From: a virus
Lineage: Duplodnaviria > Caudoviricetes
Length of the DNA stretch: 27,146 nt
IMG/VR virus record: IMGVR_UViG_3300033405_000064
Coordinates: 1-27,146 of that record
Reading direction: 5' to 3' (one strand)
In this document: positions 1-8,920 of the stretch, piece after piece
Position numbering within the stretch: the stretch's first letter is position 1
Layout of the letters: every line of letters starts with the position of its first letter
Translations under genes and position numbers: made by a program
The notes under the pieces: generated by a model
The model's input: only the letters and a program-made list of their open reading frames with translations
Told to the model about the DNA's origin: nothing
Database searches by the model: none

Positions 1-1
1 C

Positions 2-670
2 GAAGGCCGAAACCGCCAGGCCGTTGTTCAGGGACTCGCCGGCCAGGGCCTGGGTCCAGCCGCTCTGCCCGGGGATGGTCAGGACCATCTGGCAGGCCGA
101 GGTCGTGCCGCCGATGCAAAGCGTGACCTGCACCGGATTGGCACTGGTGTTGGTCAGGTTGACGTACACCTCGTCGATCTTATCCGTGCCCGCGTAGGAC
201 GCGTGCAGAGCGGTCGCGGTGCCGGTGGTCGTGTTCTGGATCTTGATGTTCTGGTTGTACGCGCCGGCTCCCGAAAGTTTTTGCTTGCGCGGGTCTACAA
301 TCCGGTTCGCGAACCCTCGGAGGTTAAGAAAGTTCTGGTCCGTGGTGTTCGGGACCCCGAAGGCCAGTGCCCCCCCGACCAAGAGGATGTCACCGCCGAT
401 TATCTTTTGCCATCCGGCCTGCGGCGGGATCGTCTGAAAAAACAGACTGTCGGGCGAGACGATATTCCCCTGGAAGAACGCGCCAACGAGCTGGTGTGGG
501 GCAGTGTCGATGTTGCACACCTCCATGAACATCTCGTCAGTGCCGCCTGCAGTGTGTGCGAGCTGCATGTTTGTACCTAGGACAAAGGCCGTGTTTCCCG
601 ATGTATTCCCGGCCGGGGTCATTCCGCTGTTACCAGTCGGGGCCGCGCTCAATGGTTCTCTAGTGGGCAT
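2..670 (-). CDS. Putative virion structural protein with two tandem copies of a beta-rich domain (3'-truncated by window edge)
   Basis: Not in ORF track. ATG at 670, 1 nt after the stop of 672..1298, open to the window edge: MPTREPLSAAPTGNSG...TDEMFMEVCN...TIPPQAGW...LRGFANRIV-DPRKQKLSG...IDEVYVNLTN...TIPGQSGW... Confidence 0.75.
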   Translation of the reverse strand, partial: MPTREPLSAAPTGNSGMTPAGNTSGNTAFVLGTNMQLAHTAGGTDEMFMEVCNIDTAPHQLVGAFFQGNIVSPDSLFFQTIPPQAGWQKIIGGDILLVGGALAFGVPNTTDQNFLNLRGFANRIVDPRKQKLSGAGAYNQNIKIQNTTTGTATALHASYAGTDKIDEVYVNLTNTSANPVQVTLCIGGTTSACQMVLTIPGQSGWTQALAGESLNNGLAVSAF

Positions 671-671
671 G

Positions 672-1298
672 TCAGCTCCAGATCTGGTTGTTCACGGACG
701 AGTCCTGGAACGCGCCAGCACCGGCCAGGACGTCATTCTGCTGGCCAGCACCGGGGGCCGGAGTGGTGCCTCCCGTCCCGGAGGTGCTTGCGGTCGCTCC
801 CGTCATGGGTGAAACCGCGGATATTGTTGGAAGCTGGGCCAAGGGGACCTGGCCTCCGACCAAGGTCGGAACCGTCACGCCTAACGCGGAGGCAGGCACA
901 GCCCCCACGTCCTGCGCCGCCAGTGTCGGGTTGCCGCTCAAGGCCTTGCCGTTAACCTGGGCCAAGCCCGAGAGCGCTCCAACATCAACGTAGCTCAACG
1001 CGAGGTTGCTCCCGGTGATCGGATGGCCGCAGATGGTCGCGCTCGCCGGCACGGCGCCGGCTACGTCGCTGGCCTGGATCGCTAGGAGGGCTTTGGCCTG
1101 GGCCGGAGTCAGCCCGGAAGGTTCGGCCGTCTGACCGGAAATGTTCCCCAGTATCGTGCCCGTGGCGACTGCCCCGGGCTGCGTGGGGGGTGCGGAGAAG
1201 GCCTGCGCTACCCATACGCCGCCTATCCCCTCCCAGGTAATCCCGGTGGTCGGGTCGTAATAGACGGCTCCGTTTATGACTATGCTGGGTGCGGCCAT
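672..1298 (-). CDS. Tail-fibre-like virion protein
   Basis: GGAGAG RBS; fibre-shaft motifs VNGKALSGNPTLAAQDVGA (about 3 DV[A]GA units) and MTGATASTSGTGGTTPAPGAGQQ. Confidence 0.65.
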   Translation of the reverse strand: MAAPSIVINGAVYYDPTTGITWEGIGGVWVAQAFSAPPTQPGAVATGTILGNISGQTAEPSGLTPAQAKALLAIQASDVAGAVPASATICGHPITGSNLALSYVDVGALSGLAQVNGKALSGNPTLAAQDVGAVPASALGVTVPTLVGGQVPLAQLPTISAVSPMTGATASTSGTGGTTPAPGAGQQNDVLAGAGAFQDSSVNNQIWS

Positions 1299-1310
1299 GG
1301 GCTCTCCGTT

Positions 1311-1345
1311 AAAGCCCCGGGCAGGAACTCATGCCCTGCCCGGGG
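1311..1345 (-). terminator. GC-rich hairpin, possible weak intrinsic terminator or processing site
   Basis: 11-bp stem CCCCGGGCAGG (1315-1325)/CCTGCCCGGGG (1335-1345), followed on the minus strand by CTTTAA; intergenic. Confidence 0.55.
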
Positions 1346-1355
1346 TAGTCACTGG

Positions 1356-1982
1356 TTAGATGGCCTGGGGGGTTTCTTCCCAGAACATGGAGGCCAGGCC
1401 GGTAACGGCGGTCAGGGCGCCGATGGCGACATAGCCGCCGGGCTGGATGATGATCGAGCCGTCCCAATCCATCATGGCGGGTCCACCAGCGGGCAGGGAG
1501 GCCGCGGTGAATCCACCCAGGATCTGGGCCATCCAGAAGGGCGTGCCGACCAGGGTGCAGGCCGCGTCCACCTTGGCGGTGGGCATGGCCGCGCTGCCGA
1601 GCACGTTCGCGCCGATGGCGGGAGACGCCAAGGGCGTGGTATGCACGGTGACGCCGGCCACGTTGTAACCGCCTATCAGGCCGATCGAGGCAATGGCGGC
1701 CGGGGCCACGGTCAGGGCGAAGGTGACCTTCTTCAAGGTCAAGTTCTTGGTGTTGCCGGCCGGGTTGCTCAGACAGAGGCCGGTGTAGGTGGTGGCCAGG
1801 GCCACGGACAGCGCGGTCGCGGCCTGGAGGGAGCCGTAAAACATGTTGCCCCGGAAGTTGGTCTCGTAATCGCGGCCGTGAAGCTCGCTGACGATGAACT
1901 CTCCGAGCTGCCCGGCGCGGCCGGTAATCAAGGTCCCGGTGGTAAGCGGCCCTACAGGGCCGGCGGCTAAAGTCGTGTTCAT
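1356..1982 (-). CDS. Putative virion structural (decoration-like) protein
   Basis: 208 aa, Ala/Gly/Thr-rich and beta-like; GAGGAG RBS; located in the late operon; hairpin downstream. Confidence 0.6.
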   Translation of the reverse strand: MNTTLAAGPVGPLTTGTLITGRAGQLGEFIVSELHGRDYETNFRGNMFYGSLQAATALSVALATTYTGLCLSNPAGNTKNLTLKKVTFALTVAPAAIASIGLIGGYNVAGVTVHTTPLASPAIGANVLGSAAMPTAKVDAACTLVGTPFWMAQILGGFTAASLPAGGPAMMDWDGSIIIQPGGYVAIGALTAVTGLASMFWEETPQAI

Positions 1983-1998
1983 AGAATGGTCTCCTCGC

Positions 1999-2745
1999 TT
2001 ATGATTGAACGGTTATTTGGGAAGGGTCCTCAAGGAACGAGGAGGCCTCATCCGATATTCCAAAACCCTGCTGGAGCAGGAAGTTGGTCAGGCGCATCTG
2101 CTTGAGTATGTTCGCCAGGATTTCCAGGAGAGAGTCATTGTCGCCGGCGGTCTCTGGCAACCGCATGATGACGCGCCCCAAGCTGTCCGTGAGTAGCGGG
2201 ACTAGAACGCCCTGTGCGGTCTTGCCGTACAGGCTGGCCTGCTGCGCCCCGGACGGCTCTGTCGCAATCTGGCGAGTGATGCCCGTGGGGTCTACGCCTC
2301 CGCCCAGCACGGGAGCGGCGGTCGGAACCGAGCCCGCGGGAGTTGCCCCGCCTACCTGCTGCTGGCCGGCGATGGCCACGGCACCGGTGGTGTCCGTCCT
2401 GAGAGTATGCGGCGTCCCGGTTGAGTCGATGCCCGAGACGGGCAGCGGCCCATCCGTGCCCACCAGGAGCGCGTCGGGAACTTCCAGGATGATCTGGAGG
2501 TGATCCGTCGAGTTCATGGCCGTGGTGTTGTAGGCCAGGGTCAGAGTGACCGAGCCGCTGGCGTTGTTGGCCAGGGTTGCGGTCTTGGTGTTGTCGAACG
2601 GGTTGAAAATAGGGGCGTTCGAAGTCACGTTCGTTATGGACAGGATCTGTTCCAGGACGAGGCCCGGGTAGCCTGAGATCGTGACTTGGTTGGTGAGCGG
2701 GGCGAAGGCGTAGGCACCCGCTTGTAGCCCGACTATCTGTTTCAC
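1999..2745 (-). CDS. Putative virion structural protein
   Basis: GTG start directly after the upstream stop, GGGAGG RBS; N-terminal YAF...ILSITNVT...IFN...TLAYNTTAMNSTDHLQI domain typical of phage virion proteins; repeated SGIDSTG/GGVDPTG motifs. Confidence 0.65.
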   Translation of the reverse strand: MKQIVGLQAGAYAFAPLTNQVTISGYPGLVLEQILSITNVTSNAPIFNPFDNTKTATLANNASGSVTLTLAYNTTAMNSTDHLQIILEVPDALLVGTDGPLPVSGIDSTGTPHTLRTDTTGAVAIAGQQQVGGATPAGSVPTAAPVLGGGVDPTGITRQIATEPSGAQQASLYGKTAQGVLVPLLTDSLGRVIMRLPETAGDNDSLLEILANILKQMRLTNFLLQQGFGISDEASSFLEDPSQITVQS

Positions 2746-3579
2746 TTATATCCCTCCCAGGGCCAGGGCGGTTAACTGCATCATGGCGAGCGAGCCGGTC
2801 GGGCCGGTGTTGCCCTGCGGCCCCTGCGGCCCGGACAGGTTGATCCCCCAGTCGTAGTGAGTTCCGGAGCCATTGGTCTGCTGCGCGTTCATTACCAGCG
2901 CAGATATGCCGTCGTAGGAAACGACCGGGCCGGCCATCCAGTTTAAGGGGTTGCTGGCCTCAACCAAGATAATCCACTGGCCGGTCAGCCATTGCTTGTT
3001 CGGCTGGGTTACGACGGATTGAAGGCCCGTCCCAATGGTCAGGGAGCTTGCCGATGTACCGCCCAGGGACTGGCCGTAAGTTGCGGCCAAGGTCGCCATG
3101 GCCTGGGAGTTCGCGGACGAAGTAGCTGCGTTGAACGCGAGCTGGGCCGCGCTCAAGGCGCTCATGGCTGCGGCGGCCTGACTGAGTGCCGCAGCCTGCT
3201 GGCTTGCCTCAGAGGCAATCTGGCTGTTCATGGCCGCGGCCTGCGCGGCGGCAGCCAGGGAAAGCGCGGGAGGAGCGACAAGGTTCATGATCGACCAGAG
3301 GTCGCACGCCCCGTTGGGCACGGTCGCCAAGCCCTTCACCGTCTTCTCAGGCGTCTGGATCGTGACCTTGTACTGGGTACTGTTGCTGCCTAGCGCGTTC
3401 GGGAACACGTTCAGGATGCAAGTCCCTGTCTCGTCGGTGTACTCGGTGACGGTCGTCTGGACGACGAACCCCTCGTAGGTATCCGGCGCGTTCAGGATCA
3501 TCGTGACGGACACACCCACCAGCGGGTTCGCCCACTGGTCCGCGATGACGCAGGTGACAGGTACGGTAGGGATGGCCAT
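2746..3579 (-). CDS. Tail-fibre/adaptor-like virion protein with short collagen-like segment
   Basis: N-terminal beta-sandwich-like region, Ala/Ser/Gln coiled coil, TSASSLTIGTG...NWMAGPVVSY...GSGTHYDW domain, GPQGPQGNTGPTG. Confidence 0.7.
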   Translation of the reverse strand: MAIPTVPVTCVIADQWANPLVGVSVTMILNAPDTYEGFVVQTTVTEYTDETGTCILNVFPNALGSNSTQYKVTIQTPEKTVKGLATVPNGACDLWSIMNLVAPPALSLAAAAQAAAMNSQIASEASQQAAALSQAAAAMSALSAAQLAFNAATSSANSQAMATLAATYGQSLGGTSASSLTIGTGLQSVVTQPNKQWLTGQWIILVEASNPLNWMAGPVVSYDGISALVMNAQQTNGSGTHYDWGINLSGPQGPQGNTGPTGSLAMMQLTALALGGI

Positions 3580-3582
3580 GGC

Positions 3583-3873
3583 CTAGTAGCCTCCTCCCGG
3601 GGTTGTGCGCTCGCGCTTCTGCGGGGTCGCCTCCCTGGCCTCCGGAGTCGGGGCCACACACAAAGATCTGATCCATTTGAGCATTTCCAGCCGCCCGCGT
3701 GCCCGATCTACCTCCTCGTGGACACAGATCTCCAACTTGTCGCGTAGGCCCTCGACTTCGTTGTCGATAATCTCCACCAGGGCGAGGAACCCGGAGTCGT
3801 TGCGCGAGATCGCGATCCGCTCTTTGCGGTCGCGAATCTCGTCAGGACTGAGGCGGACCCTGCTTCCAAGCAT
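3583..3873 (-). CDS. Small helical head-module protein
   Basis: Start moved to ATG 3873 because of the AGGAG RBS; charged helical protein of the kind often found downstream of podovirus portals. Confidence 0.6.
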   Translation of the reverse strand: MLGSRVRLSPDEIRDRKERIAISRNDSGFLALVEIIDNEVEGLRDKLEICVHEEVDRARGRLEMLKWIRSLCVAPTPEAREATPQKRERTTPGGGY

Positions 3874-4279
3874 TTTGATACTCCTGGTCGTCGGCATCAC
3901 CGTCGTCGCCACCGGGCGAAGCACCGCCGGGTCCGGACTGCGTGCCCTGGCCCGGGCTGATCTGGAGGTCCGAAATCATGATGGTGGCGCCCTGCGGGCC
4001 CATGCCCAGCACCTGGGCGTCAGCCTGAATCTGGATGGCCGCGCCGGCCTGGAGCTGACTCGGGTCAACACCAGCCTGAGACAGCACCTGCGGGGGAAGC
4101 GTGAGCTTCATGCCGCCACCACCGGGCGCGCCACCACCAGCGGCAGCACCGGCCGCCTGGGCTGCGGCTGCGGCAGCGGCCGGACCGCCCGGGGCGCCAC
4201 CGGGTCCAGCCGGTCCACCGCCTCCGGCGGGAATGAGTAACGCGAGCTTTTGCCCGATCTTCGTCTGAGGTTTAGCCAT
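3842..4279 (-). CDS. Gly/Ala/Pro-rich head protein, possibly capsid staple-like
   Basis: AAGGA RBS; low-complexity N-terminal half, then LTLPPQVLSQAGVD...AGAAIQIQADAQVLG...TIMISDL. Confidence 0.55.
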   Translation of the reverse strand: MAKPQTKIGQKLALLIPAGGGGPAGPGGAPGGPAAAAAAAQAAGAAAGGGAPGGGGMKLTLPPQVLSQAGVDPSQLQAGAAIQIQADAQVLGMGPQGATIMISDLQISPGQGTQSGPGGASPGGDDGDADDQEYQNAWKQGPPQS

Positions 4280-4300
4280 TAGTTTCTGTCCTTTTGGGCT

Positions 4301-6517
4301 TTACGCGGCGAAGCCGCCGTCGCCCTGTCCGCCGATGGCGGGTGAAAGGTCTGTAGTCTTGGAACGCTTGTCCCGGAGTTGGGCCACCAGGCCGGCTTGC
4401 TTGATGCCCAGCTCGCCGGCGACCTTCGTGCGCTGGATGTCCTGGTCGCCCAGGATCTTCTGCTTCCTAAGCTCAAGTTCGGCCTGCGGGTCTGGCTGGA
4501 CCGCGTTGCCCTTCTCCAGGGTGTTGACCTGATTCTGGAGCTTCTGGAGCTCGGCGGTGAGCTTCTGGATGACGGGGCTGACCTGGCTTAGAACGGCCTG
4601 GCTCTGCTGGCTCTGCATGACTTCCTGGTTCTGCTTGGCCTCCTCCTCCTCGTAGACGACGGACTCGGGGACCTCGAAGCCCATGGCGACCTGGCGGAGA
4701 AGCTCGTTGATGTTCACCATCGAGCGCAGTTGCGGGTCCTGGCTCACCACCTGCCAGAACTGGAGAAGCTGCTGGTTGCGCACCTCCCGGGCCTGGACCC
4801 CGGCCACGCCCCGGGCCTTGACGGAGAACGATCCCTTGATGTCCGGGTCGTCGTTGAACTCCATATTCCAGCACACGAGCTCGGAGACCATCGGGCGCGT
4901 CACCTCGTCGTCGTAGCGCAGGAGCTGCTCCCGGACCATGGAGTTGGACCGACTCATAAGCATGGACAGACCCGAGGCCGTCTGGGCGGCCTGGCCGACC
5001 TGCTCGTCGCCCTGGTCAACCCTCGGCACGCCGGAAATGTCGTCCATGAGCTGCTCACCCATTTGGCGGATGAGGTTGACCTCTTGGATGTGCGAGTCGA
5101 AGGTGATCGCCCGGACGGCAGGAGCCATGGCTTCCTGGCCCTGGCCCGTCCTGGCCCAGGCCTTGAACGGCACGACATCCAGGATGTCCTCGTCGTTTGG
5201 CGATTCCAGGAGGTCCATGTTCACGTCCATCTGAGGCCCGGCGCATATCGCGGCGTTGTCCAGCATGACGCGGGTGGAACTGTTCAGGATGTCTTGCGGG
5301 TCTTTAGTCAGGGCCGGGATGCCCTGTCCCCAGAAGCTCGACTCGTCCTTGTCGAAATAATAGAAATAATACGGCATCTTGCGGTCTTGCAGGTGCGTCA
5401 ACACGCACTTGATGACTACTGGCCCCATAAGCCATACCTGCGCCCACATATCGCCCGTGGCGTCTTCGGGTACGTCAGGGCAGCCGGCCTCGCGCAGCTT
5501 CTCGGCCGGGACGAGGCCCCAAAACTCCAGGACCTCGTAACGCTTCTCGCGCTCTTGGCGCGTGAACGAGTTTTCTTCCTCACCGATGGCGCGGAGCTGG
5601 GTCTCGAACGACTTCCAGTTCATGGCGGTGCCTTCGGGGTAAGCATTGATAAGCTCGAGGATCTTCTCGCCGTCGAAGTCCTCGCGCTTGCTCATGCTCA
5701 CCATGTCCACACGGGTCTTGATATGGCGCTCAAACGCGCCTTGCAGGTCCTCCGGCTCCATGGCCGCCGGGTCCGGGTAAAAGCCCCAGTGCGCGCAGTG
5801 CGTGACGTAGGGGGCGTATTTCTGCTCGGCCTCGGCCTCCCAAGTCATGGTCGGCTGGCCAGTGGCTGGATCCGTGGACTCGACGGGCTTGTACTTAGTG
5901 CCCTGCGACTCCGTGACCAGCGGTCCCTTGACGATGCCTATGCCAAAGGTGTTTCCAGCCCGGATGGCCTTGCGCAGGATGTTGGTCCACTGCTTGCGGG
6001 AATCCCCGTCAAGCTGGGATAGGATGGTGCGCTCCATGTTCCGGGCCCGGATGTTCGCGAGCTCCCGGATGGCCGTCTCGATCTGTAGCCGCGTCGGAGT
6101 GACGTGCGGCTGCGGCGGCTGGCCTGGTTGCGGAGGCGGGTTAAGCTTCTCGTCCAGGGCCTTAATGATGAGCTGCTGGTCCTGCACCGGCATGACCGGG
6201 TTCGGGTCGGGCTCAAGAGTCCAGGTCTGGTCGGTGTTGCCGAGCGCCACCTGGAGCATGAGGCGCGTGAAAATTTCTACCTTGAGGCGCGTCTGGCGCA
6301 CAAACACGCTGGACCGCTTGGGGTTGATGGCGGCCTTCTGGGCCGTGGTGTACTGGCCGCGATACCGCTCCAGGTCCTCAATCCACCGCTGCTCGATCAT
6401 GACCCGGTTGCGCTCGTACTCGTGGAACTGGTTGAACAACATCTCCCCGAGGTTGCTCACCCACTGCGACACCTGGGCATAATCGGTCTTGGGGGCGGTG
6501 GCAGTCTCGTCGGCCAT
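4301..6517 (-). CDS. Portal protein (P22/podovirus-type, long C-terminal helical barrel)
   Basis: 738 aa directly after terL; motifs FYPDPAA, YEVLEFWG, FWGQGIP...QDILNS, QTASGLSMLM; Gln-rich helical C-terminus. Confidence 0.92.
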   Translation of the reverse strand: MADETATAPKTDYAQVSQWVSNLGEMLFNQFHEYERNRVMIEQRWIEDLERYRGQYTTAQKAAINPKRSSVFVRQTRLKVEIFTRLMLQVALGNTDQTWTLEPDPNPVMPVQDQQLIIKALDEKLNPPPQPGQPPQPHVTPTRLQIETAIRELANIRARNMERTILSQLDGDSRKQWTNILRKAIRAGNTFGIGIVKGPLVTESQGTKYKPVESTDPATGQPTMTWEAEAEQKYAPYVTHCAHWGFYPDPAAMEPEDLQGAFERHIKTRVDMVSMSKREDFDGEKILELINAYPEGTAMNWKSFETQLRAIGEEENSFTRQEREKRYEVLEFWGLVPAEKLREAGCPDVPEDATGDMWAQVWLMGPVVIKCVLTHLQDRKMPYYFYYFDKDESSFWGQGIPALTKDPQDILNSSTRVMLDNAAICAGPQMDVNMDLLESPNDEDILDVVPFKAWARTGQGQEAMAPAVRAITFDSHIQEVNLIRQMGEQLMDDISGVPRVDQGDEQVGQAAQTASGLSMLMSRSNSMVREQLLRYDDEVTRPMVSELVCWNMEFNDDPDIKGSFSVKARGVAGVQAREVRNQQLLQFWQVVSQDPQLRSMVNINELLRQVAMGFEVPESVVYEEEEAKQNQEVMQSQQSQAVLSQVSPVIQKLTAELQKLQNQVNTLEKGNAVQPDPQAELELRKQKILGDQDIQRTKVAGELGIKQAGLVAQLRDKRSKTTDLSPAIGGQGDGGFAA

Positions 6518-6520
6518 GGG

Positions 6521-7954
6521 CTAGTAGCCTCCCGCTAACGCGGAGCTGCGGGGGCTCCGGCTCGGTCTGCGTTCGCGGTTGCCGCGACTGCTCTTGATTT
6601 CCTGGCTCTGGAGCTCCAGAAATGCGTACTGGCAGGCATCATGCGGATGGCTGTAACGATTCTTGGCGGGCATATCGCGGTATCGCTCGTCGCCTACGAC
6701 TTGAACGCGCTCGTAGACGTACCGGCCCAGGAAGCCCTTGCGGAGCATGTGGCAGCTTGGGTCGATCTGGACGCACGGCTTACCGTCGATCAGCTTGGAG
6801 AGCGGCACGGCCACGGCCTCGCGGCGAGCGCCTATGGCGTTGGTCTTGGCCGCTCGCGTCGGGATGCCCATGCCCTTGAGCGCCTCGAAGCAGGACCGCT
6901 CGTCGGTCGGTGCCCGCTGGACGCCGGCTGGGTCGCCCACGCTGATGATGTCGAACTCGTCGAACTCGGCCAGGCCCGGAAGCACCACGTTCTCACCGAA
7001 TCCGGTAATGCCCATGTCCTCGGCACACCACTCGCGCAGGATGTTGATGCCGCCACGCGGCGTCTGCTGGATCAGCACGGCGGCCGGAGTCAGGCCGAAG
7101 TCCCAGCCCAGGATGAGCGGTTGCCCGAATATGGGCCGGAGTGGCTCGGGCGAGGCGTGGAGGGAATCGTTGTACTCGTTGTAGACCGGCTTGCCCGAGG
7201 AGATGACGCCGTAGTCTCCGCCCAGGTAGGTGGAGATCCAGGCGTCGGTCTTTCCCGCGAGCTGCCGCAGGTAGTAGTCGTAGCCTCCGTCTAGGTGCGC
7301 GATGTTCTCGGCCAGGGGGTTGGCCTGCCAGACGTCACCTGACTTGTGGACTCCGCCGGGCTGCCGGAAGAACTCCCAGCCCTTGGGCGTGTCTTCCTCG
7401 GCCAGCTTGAACCACCAGTGGTCGTCGTCGGGCGGGTTGGTGTCCATCATGACACCGCGCCAGGTGCAACCGCCGTCCTGGAGTGCCGGATAGCGGCCCA
7501 CACGCGACGTGAGGCCATCCAGGACAGCCTTGGGAACTTCCCGCGCCTCGTTTATCCAGGCCCCGGTAATCTCCAAGCTCAGGAGTTTCTTGACATCGTC
7601 GGGCCGGTCCAGGGCGCGGAACAGAAGGTCGGCCTCGACGTCGTTGTACCTGAACCGAAAAATGAACTCGGTCTTGTCGAACGTGCCGAAGTTCCCGTCG
7701 CCGAACCATTGCTCCCAGGTCCGGAAGGTGGTGTCCCTCAACTCGCCGTAGGTGTTTCGTACGATTGCCCAGCGGGTCCGGCGGATGCCATCAACCGGGC
7801 TGGGCGCCTGGGCCAGTGCCCGCTGGAATATCTCCCAGCACATGCCCACGGATTTGCCGGAGCCGACCGGCCCCATGACGCCCCTGACAAAAGCGTCTGA
7901 GGCGTGGAAGCGGTCGAGCGTGGGCTCGGCCACGTACCGAAGGAGTCTACCCAT
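6521..7954 (-). CDS. terL: Terminase large subunit
   Basis: Walker A GPVGSGKS, Walker B AWINE, coupling motif DTNPP, nuclease motifs GWDFGLTP and HPHDA. Confidence 0.96.
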   Translation of the reverse strand: MGRLLRYVAEPTLDRFHASDAFVRGVMGPVGSGKSVGMCWEIFQRALAQAPSPVDGIRRTRWAIVRNTYGELRDTTFRTWEQWFGDGNFGTFDKTEFIFRFRYNDVEADLLFRALDRPDDVKKLLSLEITGAWINEAREVPKAVLDGLTSRVGRYPALQDGGCTWRGVMMDTNPPDDDHWWFKLAEEDTPKGWEFFRQPGGVHKSGDVWQANPLAENIAHLDGGYDYYLRQLAGKTDAWISTYLGGDYGVISSGKPVYNEYNDSLHASPEPLRPIFGQPLILGWDFGLTPAAVLIQQTPRGGINILREWCAEDMGITGFGENVVLPGLAEFDEFDIISVGDPAGVQRAPTDERSCFEALKGMGIPTRAAKTNAIGARREAVAVPLSKLIDGKPCVQIDPSCHMLRKGFLGRYVYERVQVVGDERYRDMPAKNRYSHPHDACQYAFLELQSQEIKSSRGNRERRPSRSPRSSALAGGY

Positions 7955-8360
7955 GCCTGGGCTCTCCCGCGCCTCGGAATATCTGGACGATGGTGTTGCC
8001 GTCGCCCTTGAGCTCTTTGCGGTCGATGTAGAGACCCACGGCCTTACCGCGCGAGATTTCGGCGGTGATGGCCGCCGACATCTGGCCTTCCTCGGCCGCC
8101 TTGTCGCGGAGCTCTTGGAGCTTGTTAAGGTGCGCGACGAGCGTCAGGCCGACCGCGTCGGCGGCCGGCTTGCGGATCTCGGCAAGCTTGGCCTGGACTT
8201 CCGGATTCTCCAAAATGCGCACGCCGTTACGGGCACAGGACGAATCCTTGGTTTCCTTGGCCACGTTGTAGCATGCGCGATAGGCGGCAGAGGCGTTGCC
8301 GTTAATGGCGTAATGCTGGGCAAACGCCAACTGCCTGCTCGTCAAGGCCTGTCGCGCCAT
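7947..8360 (-). CDS. terS: Terminase small subunit
   Basis: LTSRQLAFAQHY...GNASAAYRACY...ILENPEV HTH signature; overlaps the terL start. Confidence 0.92.
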   Translation of the reverse strand: MARQALTSRQLAFAQHYAINGNASAAYRACYNVAKETKDSSCARNGVRILENPEVQAKLAEIRKPAADAVGLTLVAHLNKLQELRDKAAEEGQMSAAITAEISRGKAVGLYIDRKELKGDGNTIVQIFRGAGEPRHG

Positions 8361-8363
8361 GGC

Positions 8364-8615
8364 TTACTCGGCCGGGGCGGTCGTGGGTTCGGGTTCGGCC
8401 TGGGCTTCGGTCTCGGGCTCGGCCGGAGCGGCGGGTGAGAGCTGGGCGCAGGCGCCCATCAGCTCCTCGACGCTCAAGACGTTGGAGAAGGCGGTGCGCA
8501 TCTCGCCGGATAACGCCTGGATGGCGCCGAACAGGTTATTGGCTTCCTGCTCGGACATCGAGACGGATATGCTGGCCGGGGTGGTGCTGGTGGCTGTGTT
8601 GGCCGTGAAGATCAT
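8364..8615 (-). CDS. Hypothetical protein with acidic Pro/Ala/Glu tail
   Basis: AGAGGA RBS; high-GC3 codon usage; 3 nt from terS. Confidence 0.7.
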   Translation of the reverse strand: MIFTANTATSTTPASISVSMSEQEANNLFGAIQALSGEMRTAFSNVLSVEELMGACAQLSPAAPAEPETEAQAEPEPTTAPAE

Positions 8616-8683
8616 GGTTCGGTCCTCTTTGTGGTTATGAGGCTAGATGCAGGGGCCGTACGACGCCTAGGCGCGAAAAAACA

Positions 8684-8920
8684 TTAGGAGCGTGGAAACT
8701 TGGGGGGGATACAATCATCACAGAACAGGCGCGGCCACCGTGACCTCACCTTCGCCCCGCAGGTCTCGCATTCGTATGTCTTGAGCGGTCTGTGCTTCGC
8801 TCTGGCGCGTGCCAAGGCTCTATTGGAAGTCTTGGCGCACAGATCAGAACAGTATTTGATGTGAGTCGTGTTGATTATCGGCTTGCCGCAGCAAACGCAT
8901 ATGCGTTCATTCTTAGGCAT
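8684..8920 (-). CDS. Small zinc-finger protein
   Basis: CxxCGK...YCSxxC and CxxCG...FCxxC; 8-nt overlap with upstream ORF and AAGG RBS. Confidence 0.7.
   Translation of the reverse strand: MPKNERICVCCGKPIINTTHIKYCSDLCAKTSNRALARARAKHRPLKTYECETCGAKVRSRWPRLFCDDCIPPKFPRS

Noticed and set aside
4730-8438. Long plus-strand ORFs antisense to portal and terminase (e.g. 4730..6022, 6641..7294, 7752..8438)
   Set aside because: Shadow ORFs expected from high-GC3 coding on the opposite strand; no recognisable motifs. The same applies to antisense ORFs in 11.3-17.7 kb and 22.6-24.4 kb.
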